This document shows, one piece after another, positions 49,769 to 61,800 of a stretch of DNA of 64,000 nt. This DNA is from Lepidodermella squamata (lineage: Eukaryota > Animalia > Gastrotricha): contig JBLDXI010000042.1 in assembly GCA_047495785.1 (NCBI GenBank), positions 1,116,001 to 1,180,000 on the forward strand, written 5' to 3'. Position numbers and translations under genes: made by a program. The stretch's first letter is position 1. Every line of letters begins with the position of its first letter. The notes under the pieces are model-generated. The model made no database searches. It worked only from the letters and a program-made list of their open reading frames with translations, and was not told where the DNA came from.

Positions 49769-51340
49769 TCTTAAATCTGTAGAATCAGAGAGCGAAGTAG
49801 GACAGCTGAACTGGTTGGGATAAGGAAAATCGACATAAGGGTCCCCCCTTTGGTCTTCGACTGAGTTCACCTTGCGGACCGATTGAACTGGTGGGGATGA
49901 TCCCTAGCGCGCGGTACGTTATGTAGGTGGTGTTTTGCATAGTGAACTCAGTGATGAATCATAGCCGTGCTGTTGTTGGCTAGTAGCATTTAAAGGCTAG
50001 TAGCATTTAAAGGAAGGAAGGCAGAGGCCTTGGTAGTTGGTAGGCAGAGTAACTGAAGCCACGTCACGGACGAACTTTTCATACAAAATGTCAAGTCTAA
50101 ACATGTCTGGCCGATGATATCAACCTCCGGTGAGATAATGTGGTGATGGCGGTGCGGTCGTGAGTTCGGTATTTTTCAACTGGTTAATTAGATGGAGATT
50201 AATGGAAAAATACTCGAAAAAAACAAAACAAAGTTCAACTTAAATTTCGCTGTTACTAGTAGCGAAAAACATGATACCAGTGATACAAGGCGAGCAATTT
50301 CGTGACGAGTGAAAGTCTGATATAATGCAGCTATTTAGTGAGCGAAACTATTCCTGATTCCTGAGTCTCAGAGCGCGAAGTACGACGGGAAAGAGGAGTA
50401 TCGTACCCCCAGTTCGCAATGTCAAAGTGGAAACCCCCCAAAAAACACAAACCACAGGGTCATAAAATTAAGGCTAAAAACAGAAAATACTCCCGTAGTT
50501 CGGTGATCCTACTTTGCGCACTGCTGGGCCTGAACATTTCTTTCAAACAATTTTCTAATTTAAAGTATACTTCAGAATTTTCCAACACTCAACTCCAATC
50601 TCCAATTCTCAAGCGAATTATTTTCTTTTAGGGCCTGGAAAACTCTGATTTTCGGAAAAGGCCTTTGCTGTGTGGTAGAATGCCGACCAGCCTTGAACAA
50701 TGCGATTATTAGTACCTTTTCAACTAACCTTCCGGCTATTCGGCTATTCGAGGTTTGTTTTTGAAAATTTCTGGATTTTTCAAACATTGACGCTGTTACG
50801 TGTTGATGAAAATAATTTCATTAAAATTGTAGTTTAGATATTTTCTGTGGAATCTGTGGAATCTTTTCTGTGGATCGCACCCTGGATTTAGCTTTTTTCG
50901 ACAAGATGATGACAATGCGTTTTCCCCATTTGTCTTACTAGCAAATGAATAGCACCGCAGGGATGCTTTGAGCAAAAAAAGATTTCTCAGTTTCACGCCG
51001 GCTGCCGGCTGGTTCCATAATTGAAGCCATGGGGAGAAGCAGCATTTCATATTACAATTAGCTAGCCCGAGCAAAATAAAAAGTTTATCAAATGTTGCTT
51101 TTTTCGTTTTTTTCACGTAAATTCCAAATTCCAAATTCCAACTGCCCACGAGTTTTGGTTCGCATACATGTTTACGGGTTTTTTTGCTATTATTTTGTAT
51201 CGCTAACGATAATTTATTCAGCCATGCCGAGGTATATTCCTATTATGGAAAAGTGTTAGTTCATACAGGGTACTTCATACAGTGATAATTTCATGCAAAA
51301 CCAGTAGTAACTCGTACATTATTTCCGTGATATTTTCATG

Positions 51341-52818
51341 CATAGACAAGTCTATACAGATCGGAAACTAGCGATCTTCCTAAAGTAAATAAATTCACAC
51401 CAAAACGTGAAAAAGTGGGCGCGCGACCTTCATTTTTTTTCACTCATCGCCCTATCCGCCCATAGTAATTTTTCCGATTTTTAATTATTTTCTAAAATTC
51501 TTAGCTCGCTCAAAGTATTACCAAGCGAAAGCGGTAAAGGCTCCGATAAACGGGCAAACAGTTTGTCAAACATTTACTTCAAACATCGATGTTTGATGAA
51601 AATGTTTGAAATGCATTTATACGATCAAACTTGTTTGGCAAACATCGGAAAGGGTGAAAGGTCACTTCTGAGAGCTTGAAACATCAGTTTGTCAAACTTT
51701 CATTTACACTCTCAAACAATGTTTGCAAGAAAATTAGCAAAATGTATGCAAATCATCAAGAAATTAGCATAATTTATGCAAATTTATGCAAATTTTGTTT
51801 AATTTATGCAAATTAGGAGAAAAATGACATAAACGGCTAGAATGCTTTTACATTTTCGACCGCTCTGATTCGATTTTTTTCGTTGCCGCGTGACCGTAGC
51901 AATTTACGAATCAATGTGATTAGATTCTATCCATTGTTGAAGAAGCGCATGCAAGACTTCCACAGATGCCGTTCCGGCTGGCACCTTCGCAGCAGCCATA
52001 GCGCCAAATGTTTGCATGTTTGTCAAACAAAATCGCCTCCCCGAGTGATTTTGTTTGAAGTCATTTTCAACAAACTTCACAAACATGTTCTTTTAAACAC
52101 GTCTATTTAGACGGACAAACATGTTTGAAAGCCTTGTTGGTCTTATCAATGTTTGAACAAAAAGTTTGAACGTGTAAATGCAATGTTTGATCAAACAATG
52201 TTTGAAGCCGTTGTTTGTCAAACAATGTTTGAAGTCAATGTTTGACAAACATGTTTGCCCGTTTATCCGAGCCTTAATACTTTGAGCGAGCTAAAAATAG
52301 CTACAAAAAACCTAATAGCTATTTTTAGAAAAGCATTATCACGCAAAATCCCAATATTACAAGTCCGAAGATTTCGCGAAATTCAAAAAAAAATTCTGAT
52401 TCGCTCATCGTTGGATAGAGCAAAAATCGAATAAGATCATTGTATTTTTCTCGGAATTTTTCGGCTTAAAATGAAAAATTGTACCGTCCTGAAAGACTCT
52501 TGAAATGGCGATTTTTCGTAAAAGTGACCAACTTTGAGATAATTTTAAAAAAGTTAGAAAAAAAACGTCTCATGAGACGGGACTCATTCGATAGAGGAGC
52601 GCTTCTAGTATTCCGGTAAATTTGTTTTAATTTTTTGGGATTTGGGAAATGAAAGATTTTCTCTGAGAATTTTAGAAAATAATTAAAAATCGGAAAAATT
52701 TACAATGGGCGGATAGGGCGATGAGTGAATAAAAATGAAAGTCGCGTGCCCACTTTTTCACGTTTTGGTGTGAATTTAGGAAGATCGCTAGTTTCCGATC
52801 TATATAGAGTTGTCTATG
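51341..52818. mobile_element. Second CATAGAC-terminus element (same family as 26735-27427)
   Basis: Same TIR and shared internal sequence; 8-bp TSD TTTTCATG. Confidence 0.9.
51538..52274. mobile_element. PIF/Harbinger-like MITE nested in the CATAGAC element
   Basis: TAA|AGGCTCCGATAAACGGGCAAACA ... TGTTTGCCCGTTTATCCGAGCCT|TAA; many subterminal CAAACA/TGTTTG motifs. Confidence 0.82.
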
Positions 52819-55301
52819 TTTTCATGACATTTTTCTGATTTTTTCGTGACTTTCTCATACGAAAATAAATACCCACGAAAATCGTGATAATTTCATACTT
52901 TATTTTCTCTACAACCCGAAAACAGATTTGATCGTTAATCATCATCTTTATCACCATTATTATCATCTTCACTTTCACCCTCAGGATCAACAACGTCCAA
53001 AGGGGCCAGTTCGCGAAAGTCTTCTTTCGCCTTTGGCTTCTTCTCCTTGAGTTGAGAAAGCGCATCGGAAACCGCATCCAAGAGCTCAATTGGAGTAAGC
53101 TTGTTCTGATCGAACTCGTCCCAGCGCAGCTTGATTAAGTTCGATCTTTTTGCATAAAGCTTGATGATTGCACGAACCGGAACGGTTTTAGCGGCGGAAC
53201 TCAATCAATGAGGAAATTTTCAGCGACAAGGCCGTTTCTCGGTCCATAGACCGTTCTCATGCAACCATTACAAAACGGCTTGGCAGTAATGAAAATGACA
53301 CCCTGCTATGTCGCAGAGGAAAACCAGAGCCAAGGCCCAAGGTTTTGAGCAATGGTTCTTGACTTTGACTCTTGACTTCTTTGAGCAATGCTCAGTGACC
53401 CCTGATTGGTCTTTGAACTGAAGTCGATACCCACCACTCTCAAAAAGTCAAACAGTGAGAGGAATTTTAGGTAATATTTTGGCCAATTAATATTTGGCCT
53501 CTAAACTCCAAACCGTGCATTAATTAACCGAGCGAGCGAAGCGAGCTTTAGCTAAAGATTTTTTCCAAATATTCTCTCTGAAAATGGGCTAAAAATGCTT
53601 TCAAAGTGGGCTTTCGGATGCGTCGAATGTAGCTGGAAATGTGCACAAAATTATGTGAAACCCTGGACTATTTCCCTCGAAAGAGCCGTCCGGCCGCGCG
53701 CAATGCAAGAGATGGGTGGACCTCTGCCGGCCGCCAAAGTGGGCCTCGCCGGCCGCATGCGGCCGGAAAAACGGGGTTTGAGAACCACTGTCCTAGTTGA
53801 CTGAGCCATCCGAATCAAACCAGCATCGGTCGCGTAAACAGCGAATGCTCCGGGAACCTTGATATTCCGAACGATCTCGAAATGGCGAAGGAAGAGCTGG
53901 TTGCGGCTGTTGAAGCGATACTGGTTGACGTTCTCGGCTCCTGAGCTAAGCTGATCGAACCATTTGGCGACGGTTTTCGGCTTCTTCGGTTGACAGCGAT
54001 CGAAGTGCTGTTAGAGCGTCCGCTTGCAATTCTCGTAGCAAGGAATAGCAGTGACTAGTTTCGACCGTTCTAAGCCATGATCTTCGCCAAAGTCCAACAT
54101 CTTCCCAACCTTGTCGTTGTATACATCGTGCACCGGTGGCGGCGGAGGCGGAGCTTGCATAGCCGCAGTTGGCTGCATCCATCTCATGAACTGAGCGAAC
54201 TGTTGAAACATTGGCTGGAACATGGTTTGATCAGGGGCGGCGAGGCGGGCAGGAGTACACGAGACGCTTGGCATGAACGAGTTACTCATGTTGAAGGTGA
54301 CATCGTTCTGTGAGAATGAAGAGCCTCAGGATGAGCATTGTGTTTCAAGTAGTAAGTAGCACTTTGACCCGCGTGCTGATTGGTTAATTTATTGTTGCTA
54401 TGACTCCGGGATGAAACAATTTAGTCGTGCAATCCACTAATAAATTATTTTCTATTTATGCAAAAAATGACCTTGCCACACCCTCTGCACGGTTTCCATT
54501 GACCACGAGCGTAAACCCCATAATAATCGTAGCAATTTACTGCGGCAAAAAACACTTGTTGCAAAAAATTTCACGGATCGCACAGCCAACATGTTTCATC
54601 CAGGAGTCATAGCAACGATCGATTGACCAATCAGCGCGCGCCCAGAAATTCTACTATTTAGCTCAAGCACAATGAGGCCATGAGAATAGAGTCCTCGAAC
54701 TCCATTGCAACTGAAGTTTGGCGGCTCATTGCCGGCGTAGAAGATGTAGACGCCGGTGTGGCATTTCCTACTATACAGCGACTTATTAGCTACAAATTTT
54801 ACTCATTGGGCCTGCTATTTACCTGGATGCATCTTTGTCTTGTGAATCTTCAAGCCGCGCTCAGTGGGGCAATCCTTACCGCATACGTCGCATACGATAA
54901 ACAAAGACAGTAAATGCCGTAAGATTGAGAAAAGCATGGTACCGATTAAGTAGCAATTAAGAGGTATTAAGCTGGATTATGGTTCCTGAGCCGCTTTATA
55001 GCTCGTTCAACATGCGTTTCATTCACATCTCCCGCCTTTTCGGTATGAAATTATCACGATTTCATGAGTTAAAATCAATAATCCTTGTTTTGTACGAAAT
55101 AATCACGATTTCCACTGATATTTACGAAAAATCATTGTCCAGATTGACACTGTATGAAATAGTCACGATTTAATGTAAAAATGTATGAAATTATCACTGT
55201 TTGAAATACCCTGTATGAAGTAACACCGATTCCTATTAGAATTGGAGTATTTCTGCTAATTTAAAGCTAATGTTTCCCAGTACCACAAACCAACTCGGAT
55301 A

Positions 55302-55647
55302 ATGTATCAACAACAAATCTACATGCTTGTTGCTCTGCTATTTTGTGTTTCTGCATCTGTTGCCTGTAAGTCAATCCTCGGTATCACTGGAAAAATACGA
55401 CTTTCCTATTTAGTTATTCTTTTCAGGTAGGCAGAGGCCTGATCGATGTGATTATCCAGAAAACCTCCGCCGCCATACATACGAAGCGTGTACACCTGGT
55501 CCTTATTCGGCTTATGTTTACGACGAAACTGTCAACCATTGCATACGCGTATCGTTTGGAGATTCATGCTTAGCTGAAGCTGTTTTACCTTACGCGTTCT
55601 TACAAATCAGAGACTGCAACAACAAATGCCGGCAGTTCATAACCTGA
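55302..55647 (+). CDS. Secreted single-domain Kunitz/BPTI-like peptide, divergent (exons 55302-55365, 55427-55647)
   Basis: Signal peptide, then RPDRCDYPENLRRHTYEACTPGPYSAYVYDETVNHCIRVSFGDSCLAEAVLPYAFLQIRDCNNKC: six Cys in Kunitz order with YxYD and F-x5-C-x3-C. Not in the ORF track. Confidence 0.75.
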
Positions 55648-56257
55648 GTAACAAATACTCCAGTAAAAATATATGTTATGCTTACTGTAGAAGTGAATTT
55701 CAGATTATGAATTTTTTAAAAACAAACTTTGAAAAATGGGAAATCCCGCCGAGTTGCAGCCACAGTAACGTAACACATTTTAACACATTTAGAAATAAAT
55801 TTTCAAAAATCATCCTTTATTTTGGAGTTGTTTGTTTCCATTCTCCATTCATGTGATTTACCAAGCGATAGACTAGTCTTTTTTGCTGAAACCACGAGCT
55901 GGCCAAGATGATAGTAATTTCATTCATTTTTTCACGTTCGCATCGATTGGGTTAAAAGAATTACTTTAATTTAATGCTAATAATTTATTGCTTCTTTAAC
56001 TCTGGATTCGTAAATTAGATGAATTTTCTAGGCTAGTAAAACCGATCATTCCGTTTTGAAGGATATTGAGGTAAAAACGTATTTATTCCTCATCGATTTC
56101 TCCTCAAGGTCTAGCACCTATTGTTTACCATCCTACAGTACGGCATAAATTCTCCATAGTCAAACAAAGGCAAATATCGACTGGTTACTGGTTAGCTCTC
56201 TATTTCTCCGATTATTGAACAAGCTCGATTTGCTACCGAATTTTGTTAGGTAGTTAA

Positions 56258-58750
56258 ATGCATGCTGAATTGAACCGGCGCCGCTGGCTTGCTCTTTCCA
56301 TATTCATTCTACTAGCCCTGATTCCTATAATTTGGCACAGCCTCGTCATATCTCATGGAAGAAATGGAGTTACTAGCAGCCATGGAGCTAGATCAGACCA
56401 TGTTACCAAACTGCTACAACACATTTCCAATTCAGCATACAGCTCGATTTATCACCAATTTTACGACGCCTCCCTTCAGAATACTGGCGACTCGAGCTAT
56501 ATACAACGGGCTTTGCTGCGATTGTTGGATCCACCAGAAGAGTTTTGGTTTAAAAACCTCAACGATGAAAGAAGACGATTTAAAATAGCGATTTTCGGAG
56601 AATCCATCTCTGTTCCAAGGGCAATTTGGAAGGTATGTAACATTATTTCATAATTTCTTACGTTATTCTTCGAAAATTCTTTTTTTTTATTTACGGAGCA
56701 CTCAGTTTGCAGATGTTAAAAAACTAGACCCAGGGCCTTCACGGATTTTTTAAATCGAGAAGGGTCAATTTTATCGGGGAATACAGCCTTGGGCAGGTCG
56801 TTCCACCGTTGGATAATGGTTTTCATGCCCCTGTCTTTCGCTGCTAACTGAATCTGGTAGTGGTGTAGGTGTTGCCATCTTCTCGATTTGCTTTCGATGT
56901 TGATTTTGACGAATTTCGATCGGAGTCGGGCTGTTCCTCGGCCTGCGACCACAATCTTGTAAATATAGGTCATTGCGCCGACAAATAGCCGCTGCGAAAG
57001 CGGTTGAAGTTGTACACCCGTCGCTTTCACGAACCTCTCTTGTACCTGGTCGAGCTTGTCGAGTAGTTTTGGATTCGATGCAAATGTGTAAGCTACCACG
57101 CCGAATTCTGAATATGGCCAGACGTGCGTTTTGAAAGCGTTTGCCAATTGCCCCAACGATAGAAATGGTTGAAGCCGTAGTAGCTCAGCCATGGCTCTTG
57201 TAGCTTGTACAACTTTTTTCTTGATGCATGATTCCATCGATAAGTTGATGTCACGTAGCAAATCTAGTAGGGTAGTCGAGGCAGTTTCGTATTCTCGATC
57301 GGCTTTGGCTTCCTCGCCGCCATTTTTCCTTTCATGTAGTCTCGGGTTTGAGAATACCGTGTCTGCCCGTTTGGTAGCGTCGATCGACACTTGATGCGTC
57401 TTGGCCCAATCGGTAACGTTGATTTCGACGAATCCCACCTCTGTCTTGGAAGTGCTGCCTATACTGAAGTCGTCCGCGAAAGTCAATGTCTGGGGGTCTC
57501 TGCTAATACTAGCGTAGAAGAATAGCCACATGGGGGTGCTAGTAAACTGCCTTTGAGATGAGTGTCAACTTTAACAATTTCCTAATTTGAGGCAATAATG
57601 AAATAAAATAAAATGTTTAGGAGCAGGGATTTTTCGGGAGATTTTGCAACTGGCTCAACACGACGCTGACCTCAATCGGTTTCGGAGTTTCTAAGTGCGA
57701 CAATTGGTCCCAGGGTGGCACTAACGCTCGATTTTTCGGCTACTGTGCTGCCGCTATGACTGAGCTGCGTGATTACGACCTAATTCTATATCAAGTCACT
57801 TGGAACTTGGAGTACCTCAATTTCGATCCGGATTTTTTTATTGAAAACTGCCGGAACGAGAATTCGAATGCTCAAATCTTGATTATTGACTTCCCAGATA
57901 TTAGGGACCTATTAAAAGGACCTCGAACTGGTGTGAATGATAATTTTCACACCCATCTTAAAACCGCTCAGAGGCAAAATGTGCCCTACATCGCTTTCCC
58001 GAGATTTTTCCCCATCTCAAAAATGGACTCTACAACGGCTGAGTTGGTTAAAAGTAAGTTTGGTGATTTTGGGCATTTTCGTATTAATTTTGGAATTTTC
58101 TAGAATTTTATGTCGCTACGGATGACAAGCACCCAAGTGCTGATACTCACCTGCTAATGAGCGAATTTATGGTTCATTGGTTCCAAAATTCAATCGATGA
58201 TTTGCTGAAGTCGAAGATCGATTTCGAAGTTCCCGCAGTGGAACCGAAGCGTAAAAAATATGTCGACTGTTACCTTTCATACGATTCGCACAATTCTCGA
58301 GTGAGAAATCTATTGTTACCTCGAAATGCATCGGCGAACCCAAAAATGAAGCCTTGGGATTTCTTGACAGCTTTCGAGTTCAGCCGAGTTGCAACCATGG
58401 AATTTGACCTGGCGAATCTTACCAAGCTCAAAATTGGCTCATACTGCGCTGAGCTAAACTTTCGAATAGCCATTTCTCACCGGCCTTGCTGTGATTGGGT
58501 GATCAATGCGACCCTGCTCATTTCGGCCGAGCTCCAGTTCCAAAATGACGATTCAACGATCTTGGATGACGAAATTCCGATAGACCAGTACGGCGGGCGG
58601 CATCACGTTATCGAGACGAAACGTAGCATTCGCAGACTCTGTGATATTGATATTGAATGTGATATAAAATCTGTGACGCTAAAACTACAGAATCCAGTAA
58701 AAAACCATGCTAGGACGTTAATTTGGTTCATTTTGGCAGCTTTGCGCTGA
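56258..58750 (+). CDS. Type II membrane SGNH/GDSL-hydrolase-like protein (exons 56258-56632, 57621-58053, 58104-58750)
   Basis: RRR followed by an N-terminal TM helix; block I IAIFGESIS, block II NWSQGGT, block III DLILYQVTWN, block V DDKHP. Confidence 0.75.
56680..57540 (-). mobile_element. 5'-truncated non-LTR retrotransposon (RT C-terminal part), antisense in intron 1 of the SGNH gene
   Basis: FADD motif, FKTHVWPYSEFG, KLDQVQERFVK, IIQRWNDLP...RFKKSV; A-rich tail on the minus strand at ~56680-56692. Confidence 0.85.
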
Positions 58751-58899
58751 GCAAAAAGGTTTAATACGGTTCAAATCACTACCCCTTGAAATTCCCCTCC
58801 TAGCCATCTTGGAGGGGAACGTTTTTCGCCCCTCCCCAATCTTCAATGATTGCGCGGACCCAAGGGTCCAGTTGTTGACAAACTTTTCACTTTTGTTTC

Positions 58900-61800
58900 G
58901 ATGGCTTAGCCAAATCGCGCTGACATTTAAATTATTTCAACGCTTAGAGCATGGTCAGCTGGTCATTTTGAGACCAGCCTCGCCGTTGTAGCCCCCGTAT
59001 TTATGGCGCTAATTATCGCTAATTAGTGCGCAGCGGCGTTCACACACTCACTGAATGTCGGGTTTTGTCAAATTTTGGACACATGCAGCAGTTCTGTGTG
59101 CATATCAAAATAACACTGGTCGTCGTAGAATTTCAAGACGAATCGAACAAGCTTAAGATCATCGTCGTAGCCCTCATAGTTTTGAGCCTATAGGAGGCGC
59201 GGTCCATCCACCTTAAAATTTCGAAATTTCGTTGTTTTTCGGAATATTTTCGCGACAGTTTGAAAGAGACCCTGTGTAACATAACAACCATTTCTAGTAC
59301 AACATTTGACGGGCTTTCGATCGGTGAAAACCGCATGTCGATGCCTCTCACAGTTTTTTGCCAATAAGCCGGGCGGTAAAATGTGAGATAAAAAACACAC
59401 TTGGTAAATCTCGAAATTTCGCTTCTACAATTCCGGCTCGTGTATACCTGCAGCTTCAATGAAGAATTTTCATGTGATATAGTAGGTAACTTGAGACGCC
59501 CTATTAAATGGTAGACACCCTATGTTCACAGGGCACACCCATTTGACGACCCGCCCTTGACAAAGTAAAATTTTTTCCAATTGTCGACTAGGTAACTTTA
59601 CACTCTCATTTCAATTATATAGCCGGTTCGCGCTGATACTTTTAAGATGCCAACACTTGGAGTATAGTCCGCTGGCCATTTTGAGACCAGGCTGGTCGTT
59701 TTAGCCCTCGTATTCATGATGCTATAATACGCGCGGTAAAACTTGGTATGGGCATATTTTGTGTGTGTGCGCATGCAGTTAGGCTTTCTCACTTGCATTT
59801 TTGACTTTTACGCAATATTTGCGCGCAAGATTAATGGCAGCCGACCTCTTCAGTAAAATGCGACAAATCGAACGAGACTAAGCTTGTCTTGCCAGCTATC
59901 AGGGCTGTTGAGCAAATTTTGTCGTGGTACGGCCTCAAAAATCATCCGAAAATCCAAATTAATATTGTGATTTTTCGAATTATGCCTATTTTGCACATTC
60001 ACCTGAAAGATAACTGGCAATATCGTTTGACCTTTTCTAGTGCAGGATTTCACGTTATTTCTTCGCAAGAAACCACGCGGTGAATTTATTTTTATATTCA
60101 AAGTATTATATGTGCTCTAAATGCTTTAGCATCAAAAACCTGGCGAATTTCACGACAATTGTTTTCAGAATATCAAAAAATCTGCGTTTTCCATAAACTT
60201 CGCACTGTAGCAGCGGTGGTTACGAGAAAATTACGAGAATATTGTTCTCGCTGCTTACGATATGCAAAATCATGTCCTTGAAACCTTTAAAAATTAACAA
60301 AGAATCAGCCACTCGTTATATATACGTAATCTGTACACCATTCGATGAAGAACTTTCAGTTCTGTTTTGGAGTCCCTCCCCTGTTTGAGAAAAATTTGAA
60401 ACGAAAATCATCATTGCTGAGGATTTTATTATAGGGTAATGAGGGGCCAATTGAAGTGAGGGTTTTATTGAGGGTAATTAAGGTGCGCGCGCGCCGTCGC
60501 CGTTAACCGTGTCATGACCCAGATAATTAGGAGATAAATAAAATGATCACGACCTTGCCTACAGTCAAAACTTGGGATGGGCATTTTTTAAAGGTGCGTA
60601 CACTCACTATTAGATAAGTAAAATTATTAGATTAGAAGTATTAGATTGTAAAATTCGCCACTGAACTCGCATTTGAATATGACCAGCAGAACTGTAGAAG
60701 CGATATTTCAAAATTTATTGGGTTTGTTTTTTATCTCAAATTTTACCAGGAGGCATACGGGCAAAAAACGGCAGCTGATATCGGCTTGCGGTTTTCGCCC
60801 ATGGATAGCCCGTGAAATGTTGTATTAGAAATGGCTAATAATTTACGCCCGGTCGCTTCCGTATCGTCGCGAAAACATTCACGAAAACATAAAAATCTCG
60901 AAATTTCAAGTTTTAAGGTGGATCAAAACTAGTTCTACCGCGCCTCTTATAGGCAAAAAACTATGAGGGCTACGACGATAGGCATATTCTCGTTCGGTTC
61001 GTCTTGAAATTCTACGTCGGCCTGTGTAATGTGTATGTGCGCACAAAACTGCTGGTTATCAGAGTCATGACCCGGTTAACGGCGGCGGCGCATACCGTGA
61101 TTACCCTCAAAATAATTATATTCTGCATGATTAACGACTTGCATTTTATTACCTGGAATTAAGCTAGAACCAGGGGAATGGACTTGGGCTTATGAGTTTA
61201 TTTGAACCGTGATCGAAAAATATAAAAATTGTTTTCCAATTTCAAATTTCCAGCAAAATTCTACGTCGTCACATGAAAAGTCATTTTCAAGTCAAAAATC
61301 ATTTTTTTCAATTTTTTTGTCAAAATTTGACAAATAACCACTTCCAAGGTGTAGAGAGAAAGTATTTCAAGCTATCGAATGATATACGATACATACCTAT
61401 GTGAAACTTGTTTGCATGTAGAGGCGCGGCTCCGATCAAATTTTGACCTTGGCAAAGGGTGTGCTGCCCACAGGGTGCGGCCTATGAACATGGGGCGTAA
61501 ACCATTCGATAGGCCGCTTCGAGTTACCTATTGGTTAACTAAATTCGTCAATACAATCCTAGACCCGGAATTGGTAAAGCAAAATTTCAAATTTTACTTG
61601 GTCTGTTTTTATCTCAAAATATACCGCGTGCCTTATTGGCAAAAAACCATGAGGGGTATTGACAAGCGGTTTTCACCATAAAATAGCCCGCAAAATGTTG
61701 TAGTAGACATGGCTATTATATAACGCCGAGAAGCTTCTACACCGTCGCGAAAAAATTCACAAAAACATTGAAATTTCGAAATTCTCAAGTTTTAAGGTGG

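Noticed and set aside
52935-53204. Minus-strand ORF weakly resembling a MULE transposase C-terminus
   Set aside because: No diagnostic motif or termini; too weak to call.
53800-54305. Pro/Gln-rich minus-strand ORF, possibly gag-like; an isolated hAT-like end (TTTGAGAACCACTG) lies at ~53777-53790
   Set aside because: Internal stop, no zinc knuckle or LTR, and no partner TIR found.
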